DNA from: Eledone cirrhosa
Lineage: Eukaryota
NCBI GenBank assembly: GCA_964016885.1
Contig: OZ024756.1
Location: forward strand, 39,432,001-39,496,000
Length of the DNA: 64,000 nucleotides
Direction of reading: 5' to 3'
In this document: positions 44,368 to 58,509 of the stretch, piece after piece
How positions within the stretch are numbered: position 1 is the stretch's first letter
Layout: every line of letters begins with the position of its first letter
Notes under the pieces: generated by a model
The model's database searches: none
Seen by the model: only the letters and a program-made list of their open reading frames with translations
What the model was told of the DNA's origin: nothing
Translations under genes and position numbers: made by a program

Positions 44368-44988
44368 AATTGTTTCTACTTTTGGCACAAGGCCAGCAAT
44401 CATCCTAGTGCATTACTGGTACTTTATTTTATCGACCCCGTAAGGATGAAAGGCAAAGTTAACCTCGGCGGGATTTGAACTCAGACCATAAAAGGCCTTA
44501 ACTCTTTGCTGCAAAGCATGGTGTCAGACCCTCTTCTGATACTGCCAATTCACGAAATAATGATAATAATAATCCTTTCTACTTTTGGCACAAGGCCAGC
44601 AATTATCCCAGTGTATTAATGGTACTTTATTTTATCGATCTCGTAAGGATGAAAGGCAAAATTAACCTCTCATCCTTACGAAGTCGATAAAATAAAGTAC
44701 CATAATGCACTGGGTATTTGCTGGCCTTCTGCCAAAAGTAGAAAGAATTATTATAATAATATTAATGATAATAATAATAATTGTTTCTAGATTTGGCACA
44801 CGGCCAGCAATTTTGGGTGAGGGGAAAGTTGATTAAATCGCACCAGTTCATTACTGGTACTTTATTTTATCAACCCCCCCCCCTGTAAGAATGAAAGGTA
44901 AAGCTAACCTCGGCAGGATTTGAACTCAGAACGTAACGGGCCGTAACGTTATGCCACAAAACAGATTGTCTGACGCCCTACCGATACT
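44368..44988 (-). mobile_element. Cluster of three Deu/Nin-type SINE units, the middle one folded back
   Basis: 44368-44552 (-), 44571-44750 hairpin of the 3' half, 44779-44988 (-); separated by (TAA)n. Confidence 0.85.
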
Positions 44989-45685
44989 AACCCTAACCCC
45001 AACCTTTATCAATGCCAAAATAATAGAAGATACAACAGACTTCAGTTGAATTTCATCTCTAAATAAATGTTTAAATGTTGCCAATTTTTGAAACGGATAT
45101 TTACTTTATCGAAATAATTTTTCGCAATATAACTATAAAATATTGCCTAAATGTAATGACATCTAACAGGAAGAAATATCGATTTCTAACAATAGGCATC
45201 AGTCCAAAAATATTTAGTAGAAGAAACAATTGACCATATCTACTTCAATAATTGACTCGCACATAGTTTGTCGTACATACAAGGACATAGGTTAATTCTA
45301 ACCTCACTGAAAGTTCATCGTTAAATTTCACCATTATATTCAAGACACATAAACTAAATAGAAAATATTTATTTTTGACGTTCTGCCAAAAGCAGTATCT
45401 CAAATTTACATTTGTAACATACAATAATATATTTCCTATATGGCAAATAATGACTGAAAATCTAAAGCATGTAGTATTTTGTAACTAATTATATATCACG
45501 GCAATTTCGACTTGAAAAAAGAAAGAGATGCATAAAAACAAGTTCTCGGAACATTCACATCCTTTACCGAAGTGTTTTGTTAGTGCACTGTAAATTTCCG
45601 CGTATTATATGAAGTAGGAAAAATAAAATGAGTCTTTAATAACGGGAGCCATGGTTAGGGAGGGATATGCTGCAGATTTATTAAC

Positions 45686-46162
45686 ATGGCAGTATCGGTC
45701 GAGTGTCGGACACCATGCTTTGACGCATAGAGTTACGGCCCTTGCCATTCTGAGTTCAAATCCCGCCGAGGTTAACTTTGCCTTTCATCCTTACGGGGTC
45801 GATAAAATAAAGTACCAGTAATGCACTGGGTAATTGCTGGCCTTGTGCCAAAAGTAAAAACAATTATCATTTTTAGAAACTAGATACAATTCTTCAGCTG
45901 TTTGTATAAACTGTTTAAATTAGTCATTATTTCAAAGACCTAACATATATGATAATGATTTCTACTATAGGATCAAAGCCAGTAATCTTTTGGGGGAGAA
46001 GGCAGACCCCAGTGCATTACTGGTACTTTATTTCACCGATTTCACCCCGTAAGGATGAAAGGCAAAGTTAACCTCGGCGGTTTTTGAACTCAAAGCATGA
46101 AGAACCACAACTCTATGCCACAAAACATATTGTCTGACGCTCTACCGATACTGCCAATCCAC
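45686..46162. mobile_element. Convergent Deu/Nin-type SINE pair
   Basis: 45686-45866 (+) and 45956-46162 (-). Confidence 0.85.
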
Positions 46163-47257
46163 TCACATATGATAATGATAATGACCGCAGTTCTTCTGCG
46201 CCTTCATTGGGTTAGAAGTGTAGTGACAGAGAAGAGGAATCGGTTAAAATGTTTGGAATTCTGATAAATTTCCTCTCGATTTGAGAAGAGTGATTTCAGA
46301 TGAATATCTCCACATCTTTCGGTATTTTATGTGTGAGAAGATAATTGTTAAATAGTTTCAGAAGCCATATCTATGCTTTAGGTACAAATTACTGACCTGA
46401 AAATGTCAGCAGATCATTCACATCTACACATTAAAAAATAAGTGTAAGTGTAGAATTGTTAGAAGATTGAATTAAATGTCTTTATGTACTACATTCAACT
46501 TCATCACCAATGATCAATAAAATAAGAAATAAGCTCAGTAATGTTATATTGGAATGTATTTACTGAATTATATATTGATATGGTGTAATGTAAGAAATCG
46601 ACAGTAGAATGCTAGAATCATCAGACTAAAAGATTATCAGTATATTGCTGTTTCCCTCCTCTATGATTTGTATCAAACCTCTTGTAACACCATCAGAAAT
46701 GGTATACCTGTCACCACATTCTATTTCCCATGAGTAATAATCTACAGGTAATCAATATGATGTGTGATTCAGCTAACTGTATGAGAGGTGAATTTTCAGT
46801 ATAAACGAACATATTTCTTTAAAGGAGAAGAGCTTGATCCAAACAACATATGACGATAAATGTTTTAAGATATAAAAGGAGAACTATTTTCGAATCCTAT
46901 AATAAATTCTGTAGATATCGAAGTTTTCTATTCGGAAAAGTAAACAATGTATCACAATTCATATATGTGAGCAGAAGATTTAAAACGAGTCATCATAAAG
47001 GTCTACGTAAAGAAACAAAAATAATACCATTATTCCCATCTTGCCTAAATCGCAGCAGATTTATTGAAATATATAGAAATTACACACATCTTCTTACTGC
47101 TGCTTCAATTTTTCCCCTTCATACTTTTCCCAAAGTATCATGCTTTGTTGTATATCGTGAGTATGAATGCATTCCATGTTTGTGTAGTGTGGGCTGAGAT
47201 ATTCTACTCGATTTCACTGACAAATCTTTGCTCGTTATAATGAAACAAGTTATACAT

Positions 47258-48246
<989 letters not shown>

Positions 48247-48412
48247 GAAGTGGATCCTCTAAGGTGAAACAATTGTTCTCGGTATGGTGAATTAACTGTT
48301 GTGAAGCCACTTCTACCTAACTCGTCCCATGGAGTGAGTGCTCTACCACTACGGATATTACATTCCAGTGTTCTACTACTACATATATATATATAAATAA
48401 ATATATATATAA

Positions 48413-48471
<59 letters not shown>

Positions 48472-48877
48472 TACACGAGGCGTCACGGAAATACATCGAC
48501 AAAAAGGTTAGACAGCCATTGTAAAGCAAAAATGTGTAACCGACTGTAAATACATTTTATTTTATCTTAAGTATCAAAAGAAAAGGAAATCCAGAGACAA
48601 CGGAAACATCTTTTTATATTGTCATAGAAGAAACTAGAGGGGGGGGGGGATAGTGATTGTCTTCTAAAATATCTGAATCTAATGAGGGATAATGGTAGGG
48701 TGGAAATATATTTCAGCGACTGCTATAACAAGAAGAAACCCTTGAATATATCAAATCATGACAAGAGTCTAGACCTGGCCCAGTAGAATCAGATAACGAC
48801 GGGATGCAGCCTTCAGGGGGTGGGGTACAGTGGCTGCCACTGTGTGGTATTAACGCTTATCTAAATGTGTTTGTGGG

Positions 48878-48935
<58 letters not shown>

Positions 48936-48959
48936 GTAATAAACAACATAAGACAATTA

Positions 48960-49032
48960 TTCCATTTACCAAAGGTTTCACGAAGGCAGACGAGCTCGAC
49001 ACAGACGTCTGAAATCGGTCATCAGAATGAAA
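48960..49032 (-). ncRNA. Type-I hammerhead motif, family B
   Basis: UUUCAUU-CUGAUGA-CCGA..CAGACG..CGUCUG..UCGU-GAAAC CUUUG GUA/AAUGGAA within element 48933-49160. Confidence 0.8.
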
Positions 49033-49182
49033 AATTATTTAATATGGACGTAAGAAAAACAAAGGCTAAAACAATTGAAAAGCGATTTCAATTACATAAC
49101 TAGCTCTGTAGCTACATGGAGCAATCTCCTTTCCTTTACCTTTCCTACGGAAATATTTCATATATATATATATATAGTATGA

Positions 49183-49371
49183 TAATTGTTTTTACTTTGG
49201 CACAAGGCCAGAAAATACCCAGTGCATTACTGGTACTTTATTTTATCGACCCCGTAAGGATGAAAGGCAGAGTTAACTTCAGCGGGATTTGAACTCACAA
49301 CGTAAAGGTGCACTAACTCTTTGCTGCAAAGCATAGTCTAACGCTCTACCGGTACTGCCAATCCACCGCCT
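49183..49371 (-). mobile_element. Deu/Nin-type SINE
   Basis: Reverse copy of core and head. Confidence 0.85.
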
Positions 49372-49454
49372 ATATATAGTATAATAATAACAATAAATAC
49401 GACCGCAATATCAAGAGAGGACTCGATAAGAGCTATGTATATCGACAGTCGATC

Positions 49455-49862
49455 GACTTTCGGGATGCTCCCATACAGCTCTGAGTTTTTCATCCTCAGT
49501 GTATACTGATTAATGTTCAGAGCCATCCTCAGCATTCTCGTGTAGCACCCATCCAGCATCTGAGTGAGTTTCTTGGTCAGTGTCCAAGTCTCAGACCCAT
49601 ACAGCAGCACAGACTCCACTACAGCAATAAAGAGACTAAAACAAAATATCTGGTAGAGAATGTTGAGAAGCCAGAGGGGATCACTAATGTAGGCGGGAAG
49701 TCGCTGGAATTGGTTGAAGACTTCCTGTATTTGGGAGCAAAGATTGGGAATACGGAAGATGATGTGGTTGAGAGGAAGAGCAAGGCCTGGGCGGCGTGCC
49801 ACAGCTTGAGATCGGTGTGGAAGTCGGACCTTCGTAGAGACCTGAAAATCCGCCTCTTCATT
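49455..49862. mobile_element. RTE LINE fragment with internal inversion
   Basis: 49455-49634 (-) LFIAVVESVLLYGSETW..; 49650-49862 (+) LELVEDFLYLG..RKSKAWAACHSL..LKIRLFI. Confidence 0.85.
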
Positions 49863-51907
49863 ATATATATATATAAACACGTATAGACAGCCGATATCTA
49901 CAGAGAGAGAGAAAGTGGGGGAGAGAATGTAATGTAAAAGCGTTATAGAGAAAGAATTGACGTACTGGACGAATATCTTACTTATTGACTTATCGACGTC
50001 GAAAGAATGAACAGCAAAGATGACCTTGGCGAGATTTAAAATCAGACAATGCCGAGGAACGAGAATGAATAGCGCAAAGCCTTCTATTTGACATTTTAGC
50101 GACACCACTAATTGATCACACCACGGTACTGTGGTACTGATTACTACTATATCATTAATCACTTATGAAGCAGTTTCTCTCAAAGAGCCAAACATTTTAC
50201 ATTGATTCCGATTAGAGACAGTAAATATATTAGAATACGAATTAAATATAGTAAATTATTAAATAATTAGACAGTCTCTTCACTCATCATCTTTAAATAT
50301 ATTGGTGTTTTGTTTCTTTAGATATTCATACAAAAACTTTCAATCATCTCCAATGAGATAACCATTCTTAATAGTCTATTGCGTTTAGAATCATTACATA
50401 ATAATTTATTTTTGTATGTCACCGAACTTAACTGAATTACATGATATTCTATTTCAACCATTTTCTAAATAATTGCTTCAGTTAAACATATCATGTTTGT
50501 TGCATTTGAATAGTAATTTTGATTTATGGTATATCCGACGACGTTTCGTTGTGTTTCCTCCTCAACTGACATCTGCATTATTCTTTATACTCGAAACAAA
50601 TAATCTTTCTTTACCAAGGCAGACATAAGTGACATAAAATATTCTGGTTAAGAAGACAAAGCTGAAGAAATTGTTGTTAAATGTTAACTGAATTCCATAA
50701 ATAGACATTCTGACAATGTCTCACATAATATCTGAAATGAGAGATACAAAACACACACTTTTGTGAATGTTCTTATACACCATTCATAACCTACCGCAAC
50801 CAAGTTAACTATAAAAGGAAGACTTTTCCAGCTTCTCCATTACTTAACTTTCAGTTTTATTTCACATCATCAGCGATTTTTAAGTAAAGAAAGATTTGTA
50901 GATTACAATTTATGTAGTGAGATTTTAAGAGTTGTCAAATTTCAGAATTTCTATCTTAGTAGACTTGCAAACAATTGAATGTAAAAGAAATTGGTTTACC
51001 ACTTATGTGGTAAATAAATATATACATATACACCAGGTCCGAACACAAAGGAACCAAATCCCCACTGTCACTGCTTCAGTCTCTCCCGCTCTCCCCATCT
51101 ATCACCAATATGAGAAAATGGTGGCTAAGACGCTTATGAAATTATTCAGTATTATGTTTCGACTATACGATTTATCGCATCATAGCAATAAATTATTATA
51201 AATATTTTTTTTCTCATTCTTAATGTTACAAGATTCACTAAGAAACACATACATATATATATATCGTAAACAAATTGACTATAGATTTCTCAATATTTAG
51301 TAGTAATAGCTTTCCGTCTATCATTAACGTGTTTGTATAGAAAAATAAAAGGTATTCATTACAAATATAATCATCGAGTTTTCACTTTAACATTTTAGCA
51401 AAGATATATGAAATCCGCAGCAACTTATTCGTATTCAATGACTTCGTAAGCTTTTCATTTAATTAAACAAAATTATATGAAACAAAAAAAAAGGGAACTA
51501 TACAAGCTCATATTCAGGTTTTGGAATGGTTTTACATTAAATGTGGCTAAAAAAACAGTCTTGAATGTTCAATTATATTTCTGCTATTGCATATGATAAA
51601 TTCCAAGTCTCTTTAGATTAAATCAAATTCTGTATGACGAGAAGAATTATAACAACTTCTTATAAAGTATCATACAGAGGGAAATACCTCTGGGCTCTGA
51701 TTATTACATATGAAAACTATCGGTTATTTCTGTTTACCTTTTATTTTCAATAAATAGTTAGTTGTGTAGATTTATGGAAAATAGTAATATCCACAAATAG
51801 AAACAACTTTCACTGTTTTTCAGTAGATTACCTCATGTCGAGCAGCTATAAGTTCACCCCCTTCTCCAAGAGGGGCGGGTATTGTTATATCATCATTATA
51901 ATTATTG

Positions 51908-52122
51908 AGGGGCGGTGGATTGGCTGTATCGGTAGAGGGTCGAACGCCATGCTTTGTGGCATAGAATTACGGCCCTTTACATTCTGAGTTCAGAGGTTAG
52001 CTTTGCCTTTCGTCCTTACGAGCTCGATAAAAAATAAAGTACCAGTAATGCACTGGGGTCGGATAATCGACTCTTCCTTCCCTTTAAAATTGCTGGCCTT
52101 GTGCCAAAAGTAGAAACAACTA
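51908..52122 (+). mobile_element. Deu/Nin-type SINE, long-tail subtype
   Basis: Head, core and tail visible. Confidence 0.85.
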
Positions 52123-52210
52123 TTTAAAATCGATTTTTGCCACATTTATTGAAAGGATATTTTTAGTTTGTTTATTTATTTATTTGTTTGTTTTGTTGTT
52201 TTTTTTTCAG

Positions 52211-52275
52211 ATTATTTCAGAAAGGAACATTACGAGTGTTTGAAACTTGGCCCTAAACCTGGGGTGAACCAAAAG
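52211..52275 (+). CDS. Candidate internal coding exon (65 nt)
   Basis: Long T-rich tract plus ttcag acceptor, AAG/gtattg donor, single open frame xYFRKEHYECLKLGPKPGVNQK; no family recognised. Confidence 0.35.
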
Positions 52276-52349
52276 GTATTGTTCATATTATATTAAATCT
52301 TATTGTCATCGGATTAAATTCGTTTCAATAGGACTTCTCATGATGAGGT

Positions 52350-52574
52350 ACTCCGTCGGTTACAACGAGTGTTCCAGTTGATCCGATGAACGGAACAACC
52401 TGCTCGTAAAATTAACATGCAAGTGGTTGAGTATTCCACAGACGCACGTACACTAAACGTAGTTCTTGGGGAGATTCAACGTGATACAGAATGTGTCAAG
52501 GTTAGCCATTCGAACTACAGGTATAACTCATTTTTGCCAGCTGTGTGGACTGGAATAACGTGAAATAAAGTGTC
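52350..52574 (-). mobile_element. CORE-type SINE with alternative 3' body
   Basis: Ends in aacgtgaaataaagtgtc CORE remnant; body gagtgttccagtt..aaattaaca also at 38664-38745. Confidence 0.6.
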
Positions 52575-52756
52575 TGTACGTGAGTGTGTGAACACGTGTG
52601 TTTGTTACCCTAAATTTAAGCTTCACATGCTGTAAATTCCTAAAAGACAACCATAGTAATCGTAGAAAGGGCATATATTTATTTCTATAATTCTTTTTAG
52701 GGCAGATATCTACTCTATGATAGTAGATGAATCACTACCTCCTTACGGACAAATGA

Positions 52757-53032
52757 CGCTGCACACGAGGTCCGAATACAGCAGAGCCGAACTCCCACTG
52801 TCATCGCCTCCATCTCTCTCGCCCTCCCCAGCTCTCATGTACACCAGGTCCGAACACAGAAAAGCAGTCATACTCCCACTGCCATCACCTCCATCTCTCT
52901 CTATTGTGAGCAAATGGGGTCCCACGTGCTGGCCGCTCCACGGCCTCGGCGGACAGAATTGAGAAGGCGTTTCCCCAGAGGATGGTGAGGGAGACGCGCT
53001 GCTGGAAGAACCATTCCATCTCGCAAGGCTCA
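52757..53032 (-). mobile_element. 3' end of CRE-like (RLE) non-LTR retrotransposon
   Basis: EPCEMEWFFQQRVSLTILWGNAFSILS resembles the QRxSxAxxRGNAxxxL C-terminal motif (C and W explained by CpG decay of Arg); followed by 2 diverged 78-bp units. Confidence 0.7.
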
Positions 53033-53051
53033 GCGCCTATGGTGGTAAAGC

Positions 53052-53202
53052 CCTAGGGCCAAAGACACCAGAAATCACCACTGTTAGGAGTAGCCTGCTC
53101 AGCGCGGTGGTAAGTATGGAGGTAGCCCTAGGGCCAAGAACATTATAAATCAACACTGTTAGGGGTAGCCAGCTCAGCGTGGTGGTAAGTAGGGAGGTAG
53201 CA
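53052..53202. repeat. ~75-bp direct duplication
   Basis: ccctagggccaa..aaatca.cactgttagg.gtagcc.gctcagcg.ggtggtaagta.ggaggtagc twice. Confidence 0.8.
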
Positions 53203-53884
53203 CTATTTTCCTCTCATTCCTAATGTTTGTGGTTTCTCGGTTAACGTCCTTCACGGCTATGTGTTACTAAACAATGAAGTCTCTTTCACGCTTAAACTCT
53301 ATCAGGGATTGAACCAAATGTATCATTTTACTAAACCTGATACCAAAGAGTAATTCTCCTGGATGTGAATTATAAAACTCTACAATATTAATGTGAATAT
53401 ATCGAAGAATCTTATATAACCCTAAGAAACTGAAAAACATTAAGAAATCTAAACAGAAATACAGAAAGGAAGCTGATTATATGCAAAATGAATGAAATTA
53501 ATACAAAATCGATGAAACATATCCTCGAAAGAAAACATAAAAATGGGTTATATTAATGAATATAAAACACCTTACGACCCGACAGGCTATTGCCGAACAT
53601 TAAAAAGATAACAGAATTTATAAAATAAATCGTAAATAGTTATTAATATATCTTAATGATACGCTAAACGTAACACGAAAGCAAGAAATAGCAGGAATAA
53701 TTTAATACGAAAAGCTATAATTGACGCAAATGATATCAATTACCAAAGAAAACCGATTAGAAGATCTTCTCCGACTTAGACACCTGTTATAAATCACCTT
53801 AGTAACCGAAGACTAAGTCAGAGGAAAACACTTTAAAACTTAATAACAATAGAACTGAGAGGGTGAAAGTCATATTGTAATAAT

Positions 53885-54298
53885 ATTGATTTCTTATATA
53901 GGCACAAGGCCAGCAATTATCCCAGTGCATTACTGGTACTTTATTTTATCGACCCCGTAAGGATGAAAGGCAAAGTTAACCTCGGCGGGATTTGAACTCA
54001 GACCATAAAGGGGCGTAACTCTATGCTGCAAATCATGGCGTCCGACCCTCTACCGATACTGCCAATCCACCGCTCTTTTGTAATAATATTGGTTTCTTAT
54101 ATAGGCACAAGGCCAGCAATTTTGGGGGAGGGGAAAGTCGATTTAATTGCCCCCAGTGCGTGACTGGTACTTTATTTTATCGACCCCATAAGGATGAAAG
54201 GCAAAGTTAACCTCGGCGGGATTTGAACTCAGATTAAAAAGGGACGTAACTCTTTGCTGCAAAGTATGGCGTCAGACCCTCTACCGATACTGCCAAAT
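53885..54298 (-). mobile_element. Two tandem Deu/Nin-type SINEs (short- and long-tail subtypes)
   Basis: 53885-54073 and 54087-54298. Confidence 0.9.
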
Positions 54299-55628
54299 CA
54301 CTAGAGCAAAAACAGCTGTAATCGATGATAAGGAGAAGGAGGATATTGGAGAGTTTGTGAATTTGTAAACAACACAATTTAGATGTGATAAAGGTAATAT
54401 CTGAGAAAAACAAGATGGAGGCTACAACTGAGACTATATTGGGATATAAGAATAAGTAGTAGTAAATGGAGGAGAAGGAGGAAGAAAAGAAGTGGGAGAA
54501 GTAGAATAAAAGAAGAAATAATAAAATGAGAAGTCAATTGAAAAGGAGAAATAAAATAGGGAAGATGAACAACAACAATAAGAAAAAGAAGGAAAAGAAG
54601 AAGATGGAAAAATTATGATGATGAAAAAGAAGAAGAAAAAATGATGATGATGATGACGATGAAGAAGAAGAATGAGAAGAAAAAGAAATATAAGAACTCG
54701 GTGTAGTGGAGGCGTGTGATATACATACATACATGTGATATACATACATATATACATATATACATATATACATACATATATACATACATGCATACATACA
54801 CACATGGGATATACATACATATATACATACATACATATATACATGGTGGCTGCCAACTCGTTTTCGAGTACGGCCACTACTTTATATCCATGTAGGAGAA
54901 CCCCTACCGATGCGCTGAACGAGTGTGACATTTTAGTCCAGCCAGCGACTTGAAAACTCTGGTACAAACACTACACCTGTGACAATTATTGACACATAGT
55001 GCTGGGCCCATGGTACCATGTGACGACAAGTGCAGAGAGATCTCCAGATATAAAGCAATGCCTGTGCCGTGAAGCTTTTATAGTGAGCAAAGGCATTGCA
55101 CAAAGCCAGTCCCACTCTCTTAACCAAGATGATATTTACCAAAAAGAAGAACAAATCAACATCATTGGATACCATCAGGGTTGCAGGTGTAATATCAGAG
55201 TTTTCCTTCTCCTAGAATTCTGCCTTGACAAAGGCTAAGGGGTCATACATACATACATACATACATACATACATACATACATACATACATACATACATAC
55301 GTAAAAAGATGTTTAGTGTATTCAGTGAAAGTTAAGCTGGATGCTATCTAAGATATTCTAGCTGCAGGTTTAACAGATAAAGCGTATGAAATAAACATCA
55401 TATAAGGTGATCATCTAACTGGATATTAGTTATCTGTTGTGTAGTTGGCAAGGTGAAAAAAAACGTGAAGTTAATCGCAATACAAATAGAAAAGTAAAAC
55501 ATAGAAAACGTGATGGAAGTTGATGGGGTTGTGTATAAATAGAAATCAATGTTTAATCTACATACTAAGTTATATCAAAAACTACTAGACATCATATTAC
55601 ATTATTAATGTCAAAAGGTAACTAAAAG

Positions 55629-55829
55629 AAGGAACGATCGACTTTCGTCAAATCGGACCGAGGAAACAATGTTTCCATTGGTCTTTCCAATTGCTAATAC
55701 TATCTATCGGTCGCAACTCCAGGTAGAAAGAGCAACGTGAAATAAAGAGTCTTGCTCAAGGACATAACGCATCGCGCCCGGTCCGGGAATCGAACTCACA
55801 GCTTCACGATTGCGAATCCAATTCTCTAA

Positions 55830-55867
<38 letters not shown>

Positions 55868-56015
55868 CGAAGGAAATGTGGTAAGGAGCCAGGTGGACCA
55901 TAACGCACCAAAGTACTCAATATTTAGGGTAGTAGAGTGGGTAATAGGAACGAGTAGGACCCCGACGGCTGAGCTCAAGCCGTTTCGACGGCTAGTTCTG
56001 AATCCTACTCGTTCC

Positions 56016-56050
<35 letters not shown>

Positions 56051-56150
56051 ATATGTATAGACAGCCGATAACTAGAGAGAGAAAAAAAGAGAGGGAGGGA
56101 GAAAATGTAATGTGAATCCAATTCTCTAACCACGCAGCCACATGCCTTCA
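55629..56150 (-). mobile_element. CORE-type SINE interrupted by a TSD-flanked composite insertion
   Basis: gaatccaattctctaacca at 55814-55832 and 56114-56132. Confidence 0.8.
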
Positions 56151-57879
56151 CTAAAGTAGAGAGAAAATTGTAGAAATTATTATTAGTTATATGACAAGGG
56201 CGATGGATTGGCAGATGAAACATTTGTAATTCTTTCTATCTCTTTAATAGCCAATTCCATAGGAGAGTTAGACTGGATATTTACAACATAACCCCATCAC
56301 CTTCCATCATGTCTTCTTACCTTTTCCATTTGTTTTGCGATTAACTTCACATGTTTCTACCTTCCCAGCCACTCAGCAACATATTAACGGTGAGATTTAA
56401 ACTAAGTTCATGTCCTGAAAGCTTCATCCTGTTGGCCATTTTTATTCCAAAATATTGTTGCTTAATAAAGAAAAAAAAAGTGTACAAGATTCTATCATGT
56501 TTCTGGAATATATTAATGTCATTTTTTACGAGTTTATTGTACTATACACAAATTCATTGGACTTAACAACAACTATAATACCAATCTTATCAGTAAGATA
56601 ATCAACAAAATTACATTAATAGTATCTATTGTGATATATTTATTATATATCATTAATGCAGTCTAAAGACATTTGGGAATTATAAGGGCTTTATGAAGAC
56701 ACTTGGGATTTAGCTCAGCGTTCCGGCCTACACTGAACTAACACTGCTTTCCAGTTTTCTTTTATGGCTCATTTTTATATTTCCATCTTTCCTCTTTTTC
56801 TCATATTTTTTGCTTATCTACTACACCATTATTGTTTTCGTTCCTTTATTCTTTTATTACATTCAACCTGATATTTTTTTTATGATTTCTGTCCACACTT
56901 TTGTTATGTTTATTTCGAAATCCTGTTGCCCTGCTTTGTTTTAGTAATATCTTAATTTTCTTTTCTATTTTTGCATGTCACCTTCGATATATTTTCTATA
57001 TTTTATTTCCTTCTAGATTTTTTATGCTATCAATCTTTTTTTTTTTTTTGTCTATGATATACTTGACATTACTTTCTTCATTTCTCTGGCAATTCCATTC
57101 GCCATTTATCCCATTCTTTCATTTATATTTCTTTCTTTTAGCATTTTATTGCTTTACCTCTTACCCCATATTTCACATAACCATGAAATAACCCCCAATC
57201 TTGACTTAATATATATTCCATACATATGCAATTTTTCTTTCACAAATTACATTTCCTACTTGATTACTCTCCTACACACCACACACTAATTCCTTGCAGT
57301 GTATACAAAATATTGCATCGTATATTTCCCTCATACAGATCATAGTTTGCAACGATATACATACGATCAATTTTCCTATCTTTCTCTCATTTTCGCTCAC
57401 TTTTCACTTTCCTTTATACATACACAATCTATGAATTCCACTTCAGTATATCAGCAACATACATACCTCTTCGACGTCACTTAATTTGTTGTCTTTTTCT
57501 TCTTCTATAAACATATCCTGAAGCAGTAATCGGAGAAACGAATCAATATCGAAAGCACTAAGCTATAAACGAAATGTCTTAATGAGCCACTTACAATACG
57601 CAGCTTACAAACTGCAAATATAAATGAACAAACGTACTTCAGATATGTAAACATGACTGAGGGTAACGAAATGGAGTTGAATAAATATATATATTAGCGC
57701 CAAAGTAACATCTTTAAATTATTATTCATAAAACAATTTATACGATACGAAATCTCTAAATACATACACAAAGAGAGGCGTGTACGCATAATGAAACCTG
57801 CCTCATACATACACAGAGAAAACGACTTCCCATACATGTGTATATATATATATACATATATATATATATACACACACAG

Positions 57880-57912
<33 letters not shown>

Positions 57913-57951
57913 TATATGTGAGAAAAACCACAGACCCTCCATCTCAACTCA

Positions 57952-57989
57952 CCCTTTGAAAAGCAGAAGAACTGCGAAACCGGTAAAGG
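57952..57989 (+). ncRNA. Minimal hammerhead motif, U3-A8 covariant
   Basis: CCCU-UUGAAAA-GCAG AAGAA CUGC-GAAAC CG GUA/AAGG; palindromic ACCGGU; in an 80-bp island between (TA)n. Confidence 0.7.
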
Positions 57990-58084
57990 AACCAAATATA
58001 TATATATATTTTTTTTAAAAATAAGACTCCAGTTGCATTTTCGATTTCATCTCTTTTTCTTTATATATCTATCTATCTATCTAT

Positions 58085-58425
58085 CTAAGGCGGGTAAAAT
58101 TCCCGAGATCCATGGACGAGTTCTCTCCAGCGGTCTCTGTCCCTCATTATCGCTGCCATATCCTGCATCTCCAACAGACCAGTGTCTGTCCTTAGGGCAT
58201 CAACATATGTTAACCTTGGTTGAGAGGAAGAGCAAGGCCTGGGCGGCGTGCCACAGCTTGAGATCGGTGTGGAAGTCGGACCTTCGTAGAGACCTGAAAA
58301 TCCGCCTCTTCATTGCTGTAGTGGAGTCTGTGCTGCTGTATGGGTCTGAGACTTGGACACTGACCAAGAAACTCACTCAGATGGTGGATGGGTGCTACAC
58401 GAGAATGCTGAGGATGGCTCTGAAC

Positions 58426-58428
<3 letters not shown>
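58085..58428. mobile_element. RTE LINE 3' end with inverted 5' segment
   Basis: 58085-58219 (-) element 3' end; 58218-58428 (+) VERKSKAW..YGSETW..RMALNI. Confidence 0.85.
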
Positions 58429-58472
<44 letters not shown>

Positions 58473-58509
58473 ATATATGTATATATATACATATATACAC
58501 ACATATATA

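Noticed and set aside
44987-45004. ctaaccctaaccccaacc telomere-like motif
   Set aside because: Fewer than three units; too short to call an interstitial telomere
54845-55242. GC-richer island, possibly a LINE 5' region
   Set aside because: No recognisable motif or second copy in the window
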